From Mobula hypostoma (lineage: Eukaryota): 64,000 bases of DNA. A model generated the notes under the pieces. It saw only the letters and a program-made list of their open reading frames with translations, searched no databases and had not been told where the DNA came from. The stretch covers positions 21,206,001 through 21,270,000 of the forward strand of contig NC_086118.1 in the NCBI RefSeq assembly GCF_963921235.1, read 5' to 3'. Each line of letters opens with the position of its first letter. The first letter of the stretch is position 1. Position numbers and translations under genes: made by a program. This document shows positions 12,900-24,867 of the stretch, piece after piece.

Positions 12900-14200
12900 C
12901 TGGAGACACATTTGAACACTGTAGACAAGAATGCCAGCTTTGGACCCAAGCAATATTGATCACCAAGACCTGGAGATCAAGTCTGAACATGGCTCATCTA
13001 TCACGTCTTTGCGATGCTCAAATGAAACCACAATTAGCAGAGCTACAGCATAAGCTCGCATCAAAGCTGATGCAGCAAGGAAGAGGGGAGCATATGCTAT
13101 GCGTGAAGTTGAGATGCAAATGGAGAAAGCTTGTATAGACACAGAGAAAGCACATATAGATATGGAGAGAGCATGTGTAGGGGCTACATTAAGTGTGCTC
13201 AAGGAAGAATATGAAGCTAAGGCCGCTTCAGCAGAAAGGTGTATGAAGCAGTAGAGAATATGTCCAAACACAATTTGGCTATAAAAAAAGAGAATGGTCA
13301 AACTCGACAAGGAGAAGCTGTCCTCACCACCTGGCCAACATGGCTTTCACAGAGTCAATATATGGACAGTCAAGGTTTACTGCAGCAAAGACCCACAATA
13401 CCCACGACAGCAATCTCAGTCAAGAATTGCTACTGATGCCAATCCCATCTGCATAGACATGGACAGTCTGAACTTCCATCCATCCCAGGAAACACATTTT
13501 GCAAACCAATCTTTACAATGCCCTCATTCAGGAGCTGCAGGTGCATTAGACTGCCTTGGTACCTGGCTTGTTGAGACCATGTCACAGCAGGACTAAAAGT
13601 GTTTAACAAGCAGTCTGGCAGTTGTCTGTCTTGAAAGTCAAACTTACACAATGCTGTGGAAGGACTAAGTCTCAAACTTAGTGAAGGGCTAGACCTCTGT
13701 GAGTGGCTTGGTGGAAAGTCACTGCAACGTGCAAGAAGGGTTAGGGCAGTGCACATTAATAATCCAACTATGAGTTTACTAATGATCTGGCAGAGGCTGG
13801 ACTAATGCAATGGCTCTTCAGAGGCAGTCATAGAATCTCTCTTTAGTAGAACCAATAACTTTCCAAAGCTCCCACAGAGAACCTGAGAAGCTACAGGAAT
13901 TTGCAGATCTGTTGGGAGAACTGCCAGCCACAAAAAACAAGGAGTGCCTACTAGGGCTGAGTTTCTTGGACACAGCAGGAGGAAAAAAAAACATATAGTG
14001 GAACAACTACCAAACAATATCCAAGAACAGTGGATAACTGAGGGTTCAAATATAAAATGAAGCATCATGCCCCCCGTATGGCATTTTCATTTTTTGTGGA
14101 CCATCTGCTGCCATACAGAAATGTAAAATGATCCTAGACTTATGCTCTCAACTTCCAGTAACACATTATTCAAAGAAAGGTCTCCAGCAAAAACACGGAG
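12900..14200 (+). mobile_element. BEL/Pao LTR-retrotransposon gag remnant
   Basis: Coiled-coil-like N-terminal part, then GLKVFNKQ..CLS*KSNLHNAVEGLSLKLSEGLDLCEWLG..RVRAVHINNP..IWQRLD*C.GSSEAVIESLFSR..FPK, resembling fish BEL/Pao gag (DUF1759-like); stops and frameshifts. Confidence 0.7.
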
Positions 14201-16536
14201 AAGCAGAACCAGGGCGGTAAAGAAAGCTTTTGGCACATTGTCCTTCATAAGTCAATGTATTGAGTACAGGAGTTGGGATGTTATTTTGTTTACATTGGTG
14301 AGGCCTAATTTGGAGTATTGTGTACTGTTTTGTTCACCTACCTACAGGAAAGATGTAAATAAAATTTAATTAGCATAGGGAAAACTTACAAGGATGTTAC
14401 CAGGACTTGAGGACCTGAGTTATAGGGAGAAGCTGAATAGGTGAGGACTTCATTCCCCAGAGCGTAGAAAATTGACGGGAGATTCTATAGAGGTATACAA
14501 AATATGACTGGTATCATCATCATCATCAGGTGCTATGATCTCATACATTATTTCTCTTTTTGTCTTTGCTCTGTTCATGACATCCTCATTAGATATTCGT
14601 TTCATCCATGATATTCTTTGCATCCTCCTCAAAAACCACATCTCTGCTGCTTCAAATCGTTTCCTCATGTTACTTGATATTGTCCAGCATTCTGAGCCAT
14701 ATAACATAACTGGATAAACGTAACGTTTCAGTACTCTGAGGTGGGTTGTCGTGCCTAGTTTAGTGTTGGTCAGTATACTCTTCATTCTCGTAAAGGTGTC
14801 TTTCACCATCCCTATTCTTCTTTTGATGTCCCTGTCATACCTGCCATCTGATGTCACCCAGCCTCCTAAGTAGCAAAAGTTCTGTACTTGTTTTATGTCT
14901 TCCCTGTTTACTTTCAGCAGGCAGATAGGATTCTCCGTATTTCTGGATATCACCATACATTCTGTCTTTTTGCAATTGATAGACCAATTTTTACACTTTC
15001 TTCAACAACTATATCAATTAAGTTTTGTAGTTCTTTCTCCCTACTTGCAATTAACGCAGTGTCATCCGCATATCTGAAATTATTGATGTTTTCACTGCCA
15101 ACTTTAATTCCCAAGATGTTTCTTATTTTTTGTAATATTGTTTCACTGTGCACATTAAATAAATCAGGGGAGAAAACACACCCTTGTCTAATGTCTCTCT
15201 TGATTTTCATAAACTGACTCACTTTTCCATCTATTCTTACAGCAGCAGTTTGTTCCCAGTACAGATTTCTGATTAGGCGGAGGTCTTTTGAATCTAGATC
15301 TAGTTTCCTGTAATATTTCAAATAACTTATTGTGCTTCACTTTATCAAATGCTTTTGTGTAGTCGATAAAACAAACAAATCCTTTTGCACTTGAATAGCT
15401 CATTTAGTATCCTTAACACCAACATTGCGTTTCTTGTACCATTGTCATTCACAAAACCATATTGTTCTTTGCCTATTTCAGCTTGTATCTTACTTTTAGC
15501 TCTTGTCATCAAAATTCTTAGAAGTACCTTGGTAACAAAACTCATTAAACTTATGGTCCTATGGAGTTCACATTCCATTGCTCCAAATTTCTTAGGAAGA
15601 GTGATAAATACTGATTTTTTTCATCTCTTCCGGTATTATTCCAGTCTCATAAATGCCATTGATTAAATCAGTAAGTTTTTCAATTCCATAATCTTCAAGG
15701 CCGATAACTTGTTCTATTACTAAGTCATCAGGGCCTGCTGCCTTTCCTTTCTTCATCTTATTTATTGCATTACTAACTTCAGATTTTAAAATACTTGGAC
15801 CTTCAATGTTTTTCTTAATTTCTGGTTTTTCGCCTCGATCATCTTCAAACAATTCCTGAATATACTCAGTCCATCTGTTCATGATCTCATCTTTTTCCAT
15901 GATAATGGTACTGTCCTTTGCTTTCAAACATCCACCTGTAGAACAGAGGAGCTTTTTACCAGTGATATTCTTGATTTGTTGATGTAACCTTTTTGGATCA
16001 GTAACAGGGATTATTTCTATTTGCTCACATTCCTGGTTTAACCATTCTTCTTTGGCTTTTTGACATAAGCTTTTAACTTTTTTATCTAAAGACTTATATT
16101 TTATAGGATTTGCTTTCTTCTGTCTCCTTTTTTCCATTAGATTTTTGATTTCATCTGTCATCCATTTATTCTTTGTGCTTTTTTCTTTTTTAGGAATCAC
16201 TGACTTTGCTTAACCTTTAGAGAGTTAAACTTCATACATACATGATTGCTATCATCTTCAACAGATTCTATTTCTAATCTTTGAAATCTATTCCTTACTT
16301 CAATTGTAAATTCTTGTCTTAAGTTTTCTTCTTTAATTAATTGTGAGTAGTCAAGGGATTGTTCAGGACTTTGGTTCTTTAGTTTTTTAAGTTTTACTTT
16401 TACATGACATACTTCTGGGTTATGGTCACTATTACAGTCTGTACCTGGATATGTTTTGCATTGAGTCACTGAGCTTCTAAATCTTTGGTTTATAGTAATA
16501 AAGCCAATTTCATTTCTAGTGTTATTACCTGGACTT

Positions 16537-17967
16537 AAAAAAGGAGGGAGAGAGAAACCAGGGAATTATAGACCGGTTAGCCTAACATCGGTGGTGGGGA
16601 AACTGCTAGAGTCAGTTATCAAAGATGTGATAACAGCACATTTGGAAAGCGGTGATATCATCGGACAAAGTCAGCATGGATTTGTGAAAGGAAAATCATG
16701 TCCGACGAATCTCATAGAATTTTTTGAGGATGTAACTAGTAGGGTAGATAGGGGAGAACCAGTGGATGTGGTATATTTGGATTTTCAAAAGGCTTTTGAC
16801 AAGGTCCCACACAGGAGATTAGTGTGCAAACTTAAAGCACACAGTATTGGGGGTAAGGTATTGATGTGGATAGAGAGTTGGTTGGCAGACAGGAAGCAAA
16901 GAGTGGGAATAAACAGGACCTTTTCAGAATGGTAGGCAGTGACTAGTGGGGTACCGCAAGGCTCAGTGCTGGGACTCCAGTTGTTTACAATATATATTAA
17001 TGACTTGGATGAGGGAATTAAATGCAGCATCTCCAAGTTTGCGGATGACACGAAGTTGGGCGGCAGTGTTAGCTGTGAGGAGGATGCTAAGAGGATGCAG
17101 GGTGACTTGGATAGGTTAGGTGAGTGGGCAAATTCATGGCAGATGCAATTTAATGTGGATAAATGTGAAGTTATCCACTTTGGTGGCAAAAACAGGAAAA
17201 CATATTATTATCTGAATGGTGGCCGATTAGGAAAAGGGGAGGTGCAACGAGACCTGGGTGTCATTATACACCAGTCATTGAAAGTGGGCATGCAGGTACA
17301 GCAGGCGGTGAAAAAGGCGAATGGTATGCTGGCATTTATAGCAAGAGGATTCGAGTACAGGAGCAGGGAGGTACTACTGCAGTCGTACAAGGCCTTGGTG
17401 AGACCACACCTGGAGTATTGTGTGCAGTTTTGGTCCCCTAATCTGAGGAAAGACATCCTTGCCAAAGAGGGAGTACAAAGAAGGTTCACCAGATTGATTC
17501 CTGGGATGGCAGGACTTTCATATGATGAAAGACTGGATGAACTAGGTTTATACTCGTTGGAATTTAGAAGATTGAGGGGGGATCTGATTGAAACGTATAA
17601 AATCCTAAAGGGATTGGACAGGCTAGATGCAGGAAGATTGTTCCCGATGTTGGGGAAGTCCAGAACGAGGGGTCACAGTTTGAGGATAAAGGGGAAGCCT
17701 TTTAGGACCGAGATTAGGAAAAACTTCTTCACACAGAGAGTGGTGAATCTGTGGAATTCTCTGCCACAGGAAACAGTTGAGGCCAGTTCATTGGCTATAT
17801 TTAAGAGGGAGTTAGATATGGCCCTTGTGGCTAAAGGGATCAGGGGGTATGGAGGGAAGGCTGGTGCAGGGTTCTGAGTTGGATGATCAGCCATGATCAT
17901 ACTGAATGGCGGTGCAGGCTCGAAGGGCCGAATGGCCTACTCCTGCACCTATTTTCTATGTTTCTAT
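16537..17967 (+). mobile_element. Young CR1 LINE, 5'-truncated, inserted in the RTE endonuclease domain
   Basis: ORFs 16519..16935 and 16939..17877 are one RT frame with a single TAG; (TTTCTATG)n tail; GACTT duplicated at 16532-16536 and 17968-17972. Confidence 0.95.
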
Positions 17968-18100
17968 GACTTTTCCAGGTCCACAAGCATCTTGGATGGT
18001 TTTTAAAGTAGGTATTCATAATGACCTGATTATTCATTTTGTACCGTTCTACCCATTTCTCACCTTTTTCATTTCTTTTTCCTTGTCCAAACTTTCCTAT

Positions 18101-18262
18101 GGTGTTTCCATCAGCACCTTGTACTACTTTAGCATTTAGATCTCCCATGACAATAACAATATCTTGAGATTTGCATCCATTCTTTGATGCAAATCTCAAG
18201 ATATTGTTATTGTCATGGGAGATCTAAATGCTAAAGTAGTACAAGGTGCTGATGGAAACACC
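18101..18262. repeat. Perfect 77-bp inverted repeat with 8-nt loop
   Basis: 18101-18177 is the exact reverse complement of 18186-18262; the loop is CATTCTTT. Confidence 0.97.
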
Positions 18263-20204
18263 TTGATAGAATTCATAGAATTCTTCATAGAATTTACCTA
18301 TATCCTCATTTGTTCCATCAGTTGGTGCATATACAGTACCCGTATAATTGCTAAATCAATGGTTGTCCTCTGAATTTAACAAGGAGCACTCTTTCTGATA
18401 TTGCCCAATGTCCTAAGACACGTTTTACCATGTTTTCATCCATAAGAATTCCTACTTCATTAGTATGGGATGTTCCACAAGAATAAATTAGTGTTTTAGT
18501 TCTATTCTGACATGTTCCAGCATCTCTCCAACAAACTTCGCTAATTCTCATGATGTTAATCTTCAGTCGTTCCATTTTATTTATCACATTGTCCAATCTT
18601 CCTGCTTGATATAGAGTTCTTACATTCCAAGTGGCAATAGTTTTCTTTTGTGTTACTTGAATTTTAGGAGCAGTAGCTTGATGACAGTCAGGGATCCCCT
18701 GCTGCCCAGAATCAACCCTACCGAGCGAAGCATCTTCAGAATTGTCTTGAAGATCCTCCTGAAACTGTTGTTGTGTGATACATTTTGTGAGTTTGACCAT
18801 GGTTTTCTTAGCAAATAAATTCTAGGAAACCGAGTATCTAGCAATGGTGGTTTGCTATTGCCTTCTGCTGGGCGAACTAAAGAAATCGCCATTTCTCTTC
18901 CCAAATGTTCATCCGCCTGTACTATAGCCATTGACATTTGAGGTCCTAGCTCATCCCCCTTCTCCGTCATGTACAGTTACTGAACCTGCCGGACCCGCTA
19001 TTGGCCTTCACTCGTATCCTGAGCAGGAATCCTTGCAGGTGCTACTGTTCCGGGTCAGAGCGGCCCTGGGAGCAATGAATGACTAAGGGGTAACTCCATT
19101 TTCCCCAAAGTTCTGAAAGTCCCCAGTCAGAGCCTCATCACCGGTTGCAGTTTAGAGTCATACCCAGGACTAATGACTTGTATAGATAGGGTAAATGCAA
19201 GAAGACATTTTCCACAGAAGTTTGGTGAGACTACAACTAGAGGTTATGGGTTAAGGGTGAAAGGTGAAATGTTTAAGGGGAACATGAGGGGGAACTTCTT
19301 CACTCAGAGGGTGGTGAAAGTGTGGAATGAGCTCCCAGTGCAAGTGATGGATGTGGGATTGATTCCAACACTTAACAGAAATTTGGACAACTACATGGAT
19401 GGGAAGGGTATGTAGGGCTATGGTCTGGGTGTAAATCGATGGGACTAGGCAGACTAAAGGGTCAGCATGAACTAGACTGGACGAGGGGCTTGCTTCTGTA
19501 ACCACTATCACGGTCTACAAAAGTGAAGAAGAAGACTCTATCATGGACCCCGCTGGACAATGCCCTGTCCAAAGAAACCTCACCCCTTCAGGAAATGCAG
19601 AGGATTCAGAGAAAAACTGCTCACGGACTAAAGACTCTTTCTAAAGAAGCACACAATGTTTCAGCTGTAAAGTGTTATTGCTGTATTGATAGTTTCTGTA
19701 TAGCATCATGGTACTTGCAGTATAGTTGCCAGTGTTTCTGAGTCATACAGTGAGTACAGCAAGGATGTCTGTATCGGTTGAACTTACTACTGCTTAAGGA
19801 GCAGTTAATTTCTGGGTGGTGCTGCCAACTGTTTAAAATAGATGGGGCAGGAAATTGACTGTAATTCTGAGCAGGTCTCGTAGCAGCAACACTATAACAG
19901 CTTGCACACTTGGTAGCTCCGAAAGCTTTTTTCCCATGCTTTGCAAAAATGATCCATGTCCTCATAAATCTACCCCCATCCAAGCTTTCACAGATGGTCA
20001 TTCACTGAATTGCTCCAACATCTTGTGTGTTACCTCAAAGCTGCCATGCTTTCCGTTCCCATTCTTTCAATGTCTTTCTCAGAGTTTGTCAGGTACTGTC
20101 TGCAGAGGTGATGAAGTCACAGAATAACAAGTGTGATCTTAATGCTGTCACCTGTTTTAGTTGGAAACTTTACACCCAATGAGAAAGGCAGCCAGTTTGC
20201 TGCA

Positions 20205-20597
20205 GTGCAAAGGGTGAGCAGCTTCAAGTTCCTCGGTGTCCAAATCTCAGAAGATATATCCCAGGCCCTGCACATTGATGCAGCTATGAAGAAAGCTATA
20301 TTTTGTTAAGAGTATGAGGAGATTCGGTACATCGGCAAAGACTCGAGCAGATTTCTACGTATGTACATTGGAGAGTACTCTGACTGGATGCAGCACCATC
20401 TGGCAAGGAGGCACCAATACACAGGGTTGGAAAAAGCTGCAGAAGGTTGTAGACTCAACTAGGGATACCAGCATCCCCACCATCGAGGACATCTTTAAAA
20501 GATGATACCTCCAGAAGATGTCAGCCATCACGAAGGACCCTCAGCATCTAAGACATACACTCTTGTGATTACTACCATCAGGAAGGAGATGCAGGAG
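20205..20597 (+). mobile_element. Rex1/Babar LINE 3' fragment
   Basis: SFKFLGV.ISED, RRFG..FYVCTLESTLTGC and KDPQH motifs. Confidence 0.8.
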
Positions 20598-21442
20598 AAT
20601 GGGCAAAGAAGTGGCAAATGAAATACAATGTTGGAAAGTGTATGGTTATGCACTTTGGCAGGAAAAATAAACGGGCAGATTATTATTTAAATGGGGAAAG
20701 AATTCAAAGTTCTGAGATGCAACGGGACTTGGGAGTCCTCGTACAGGATACCCTTAAGGTTAACCTCCAGGTTGAGTTGGTGGTGAAGAAGGCGAATGCA
20801 ATGTTGGCATTCATTTCTAGAGGAATAGAGTATAGGAGCAGGGATGTGATGTTGAGGCTCTATAAGGCGCTGGTAAGACCTCACTTAGAGTACTGTGGGC
20901 AGTTTTAGTCTCCTCATTTAAGAAAGGATGTGCTGACGTTGGAGAGGGTACAGGGAAGATTCACTGGAATGATTCCGGGAATGAGAGGGTTAACATATGA
21001 GGAACATTTGTCCGCTCTTGGACTGTATTCCTTGGAGTTTAGAAGAATGAGGGAGTCCTCATAGAAACATTTCGAATGTTGAAAGGCATGGACAGAGTGG
21101 ATGTGGCAAACTTGTTTTCCATGATGGGGGAGTCCAGTACGAGAGGGAATGACTTAAGGATTGAAGGGCGCCCATTCAGAACAGAAATGCAAAGAAATTT
21201 TTTTAGCCAGAGGGTGGTGAATCTATGGAATTTGTTGCCATGGGTGGCAGTGGAGGCCAAGTCATTGGGTGTATTTAAGGCAGAGATTGATAGGTATCTG
21301 AGTAGCCAGGGCATCAAAGGTTATGGTGAGAAAGCAGGGGTGTGGGAGTAAATGGGAGAATGGATCAGCTCATGATAAAATGGCGGAGCAGACTCGATGG
21401 GCCGAATGTCCGAGTTCTGCTCCTTTGTCTTATGGTCTTATG
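20598..21442 (+). mobile_element. CR1 LINE 3' end
   Basis: WQMKYNVGKCMVMHFG, RPHLEYC and RNFFSQRVVNLWN; (TCTTATGG)n tail. Confidence 0.92.
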
Positions 21443-22400
21443 TTGAAGCTTTGGAGAGGGTCCAGAGGAGGTTCACCAGGATGTTGTCTGGATTTGAGAG
21501 ATTAGCTATAAGGAGAAGTTGGACTAATTTGGATTGTTTCCTCTAGAGGAGCAGAGGTTGAGGGTGACCTGATAGAATTCAGTAAAATAGTGAGAGGCAG
21601 AGTTAAAGTACTCGGTGTCTTTTTCCTGGCTGGAAATATCAAATATGAGACAGCATAGTTTTATAGTCAGGAAGAAGAGGTTAATGGAGATTGGGAAGGA
21701 ATGTTCTTAACACTGAGGATGGTTGGTGCCAGGAGAGGTAGTGGAAGTAGATATTATAGCAATTTTTAAGAGGCACGTAGACATAGTCATAGTCATACTT
21801 TATTGATCCCGGAGGAAATTGGTTTTTGTTACAGTTGCACCATAAATAATAAATAGTAATAAAACCATAAATAGTTAAATAGTAATAGGTAAATTATGCC
21901 AGGAAATAAGTCCAGGACCAGCCTATTGGCTCAGAGTGTTTGACCCTCCAAGGGAGGAGTTGTAAAGTTTGATGGCCACAGGCAGGAATGACTTCCTATG
22001 ACGCTCTGTGTTGCATCTCGGTGGAATGAGTCTCTGGCTGAATGTGCTCCTGTGCCCAACCAGTACATTATGTAGTGGATGGGAGACATTGTCCAAGATG
22101 GCATGCAACTTGGACAGCATCCTCTTTTCAGACACCACCTTCAGAGAGTCCAGTTCCATCCCCACAACATCACTGGCCTTACAAATGAGTTTGTTGATTC
22201 TGTTGGTGTCTGCTACCCTCAGCCTGCTGCCCCAGCACACAACAGCAAACATGATAGGACTGGCCACCATAGACTGGTAGACAGATACATGAACAGGCAT
22301 GTAACAGAAGGACACAGACCATGTGGAAAGAAATGGGATTAGTTTAGTTTGACATCATAGTCACCACAGATATGATTTACTTACAGGCTTGTACTGTTCT
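21443..22400 (+). mobile_element. Degraded CR1 3' fragment interrupted by the Rex1 copy at 21784-22276
   Basis: LERVQRRFTRM motif; sequence resumes after the duplicated GTAGACA. Confidence 0.7.
21784..22276 (-). mobile_element. Rex1/Babar LINE 3' end with (GACTAT)n tail
   Basis: YQSMVASPIMFAVVCWG...HPLH...RCNTERHRKSFLPVAIKLYN; GTAGACA duplicated at 21777-21783 and 22277-22283. Confidence 0.88.
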
Positions 22401-23406
22401 AGTTTCAAAATCAAAAGGTGGCCACTTTGGAGACAGATGCTACATACGATACTATATACTGTTTTGAGTCATGAGAGCACTGTCAAATACTTATCCTATA
22501 TATGACATTTGTCCTTCTCTAATGCATCTAAATTTCTTTCAAAATGCTTCTGGCCCCACACCTTCAGTTTACAAACCTATCAGATCATGATGAGTTTCTG
22601 TTTGCAGAGAAAACTGGAAATACAGGATTTGTCACAATGCTGTCCTTCAGGTTTGATTAGTTCAGTGGGTGACAAACCCTGTCAGGTGTTACTCCTTTCA
22701 AAATCAAATGACGCTGCACATCGCAGTAAAGGTTTGGCAAAGAATCACTGTCTAATGTAATGATAGCGGATATATGGAAAGAAATTAAGGGGGCATTATC
22801 TTCCCTCTTCACAGAGAGCAGCAGTGGGTTGTTACTGAGCTCCCTTTTATCTATGTCAAAAGGTTGCAAGTTCAAAACTTAACTACAGAGCGTTAAACCT
22901 AACCCTATTCAATATGTCATTGATTTGCCAAATATTACAGGTGTAGGTGTGTCACGTGGATGGGTAGAGACAAGTACAGGTAGGTTTGTTTTTATTTATT
23001 CATTATCAGGTATCTGGGCATTGTTGGCAAGGCCAACATGTATTCCCATCATAAGATGGCAGTGAGCTGCCTTTTTGGACTGCTGTGGTAAGTCTAGTGA
23101 AGGAGCTCGTCCCTGGGCTGCCACGTGGGGAGATCCTGGATTTTTGCCCCTGTGGTGATGAAAAAGCAACAATATATTTTGAAGTCAAGGAGGCACACAA
23201 AATTAAAGAGAACCTGCCAGTGGTGGGGATCCACTGAGCGTATTGAGTTGTCTTTGGTTTTGGAGTTCCCAGGTTTTGGAGGTGTTGTCTCAGTAACCAA
23301 GGTGAGCACAGCAAGTCTTGGGCTGCATTTCTTCATTTCACAACTGAGATGTTGTCTGGTCCTGTAGCCTTTGCCGTCTCCTTCGCTAGCAGCTATTCTT
23401 GATATT

Positions 23407-24312
23407 CATCAGCATCATCATCAGGTGCCGTGCCCAGTTTGAGTTCTGACTGCCATGGCCCACACACTCCTGTTTCAGGTCAAGTGGATCAATTCATTGG
23501 TATTCATTTCCAGTTCTCTGGCTGCTGTCTCCATCATCATTTGTCTTTGTCTTTTTCTTGCTTTCTTCCCTTCAACCTTTCCCATTATTACCGTGCATTC
23601 TAACTCCTCTTCCCTAATCACATGCCCAATGAAGTCACATTGCCTTTTCATGATCTCATACATTATTTCTCTTTTTGTGCTTGTTCTGTTCATGACATCC
23701 TCATCAGATATTCGTTTCGTCCATGATATTCTTTGCATCCTCCTCAAAAACCACATCTCTGCTGCTTCATTCATGAGCTATGTAACATAACTGGATAAAC
23801 GTAACATTTCAGTGCACTGAGGCGGGTTGTCATGCCTAGTTTAGTGTTGGTCAGTATACTCTTCATTCTCGTAAAGGTGTCTTTCACCATCCCTGTTCTT
23901 CTTTTGATGTCCATGTCACACCTGCCATCTGATGTCACCCAGCTTCCTAAGTAGCAAAAGTTCTGTACTTTTCTTCCCTGTTTATTCTCAGCCTGCAAAT
24001 AGGATTCTCCTTCTTTTTGGATATCTCTATACATTCTGTCTTTTTGCAATTGATACATAGACCATTTTCTTCAACGACTGTATCAATTAAGTTTTGTAGT
24101 TCTTCCTCCGTACTTGCAATTAACACAGTGTCATCCGCATATCTAAAATTATTGATGTTTTCACCGCCAACTTTGATTCCCAAGATGTCTCTTATTGTTT
24201 GTAATATTGTTTCACTGTACACATTAAACAAATCAGGGGAGAAAACACACCCTTGTGTGACGCCTCTCTTGATTTTCGTAAACTGACTCACTTCTCCATC
24301 TATTCTTACAAC
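23407..24312 (-). mobile_element. RTE LINE, 5'-truncated second copy of the 14.5-19.2 kb family
   Basis: QGCVFSPDLFN, FRYADD and EMWFLRRMQRISW; (GAT)n tail; high similarity to 14515-15245. Confidence 0.92.
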
Positions 24313-24867
24313 GGCAGTTGATATTTCATGGAGGAAATCAAATTGACGCAGACTGAGGGCTCATAGGGAACTATCTGTTTGAACATTGATAAAACAGAGC
24401 TTTCAGGAACTTCACCAGAGTAGTTGAATGTAACTTCATTAGAAATGTCTGCCTCCCAATTTAGATTATCCAAGAGATGGAAGCAGAACAAGGTTGGGAA
24501 GTGCCATTTGCTTTGCTCATCATGTTCACCTCTTTTCTTTCAGGAATTCCTGCTGCCTCAGCTAACTACAGCCAGAAAATGTGAACAGGCAGATAACGGC
24601 TCACAGGCTGTCTAACCTCCAGCTCATCCCACCCCATTTCTCAGAGTAAGTGAGGAAGTCATTTGATGAAAATCATCCTGACCTCAGCCTTTGACTCTCC
24701 TCCCTCAGTGTCACTGAGAATGAACAAAGGGGAGAGTGCTGACAGCTGGGGAAAAAATACTCCCTCACAAATTCCAAAATGCATGTTATTAAAAATGCAC
24801 AGTGAAAGTGATTGCATTACATCTCTGAGGGTGGCTAACAATGAAATGCTCAAACTTTGATTATTTT

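Larger units (their letters stand above)
14515..19172 (-). mobile_element. Near-full-length RTE-clade LINE (APE endonuclease plus RT), disabled
   Basis: ATWNVRTL, ISEV, VMGDLNAKV, WTWKS and DCNSDH (APE); KGKAAGPD, FIDYTKAFDKV, RQGCVFSPDLFN and FRYADD (RT); (GAT)n tail; TSD ATGACT(G/T)GTAT at 14504-14514 and 19173-19183. Confidence 0.92.
14207..19510 (+). mobile_element. Older CR1 3' fragment in two pieces (14207-14514 and 19173-19510), split by the RTE
   Basis: VRPNLEYCV...EVYK on the left continues as IDRVNA...RGNFFTQRVV..WNELP on the right. Confidence 0.85.

Noticed and set aside
11232..14200. Solo LTR and BEL/Pao gag as one element
   Set aside because: The LTR is closed by its own TSD, appears to be on the opposite strand, and no primer-binding site links it to gag.
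16939..17877. 312-aa ORF as a functional or domesticated RT gene
   Set aside because: A 5'-truncated CR1 with an upstream in-frame stop, no endonuclease and a near-identical copy at 56714-57200.
18960..19172. HDV-like ribozyme at the RTE 5' end
   Set aside because: Known for some RTEs, but I could not assign the nested double pseudoknot by eye; it needs a descriptor search.
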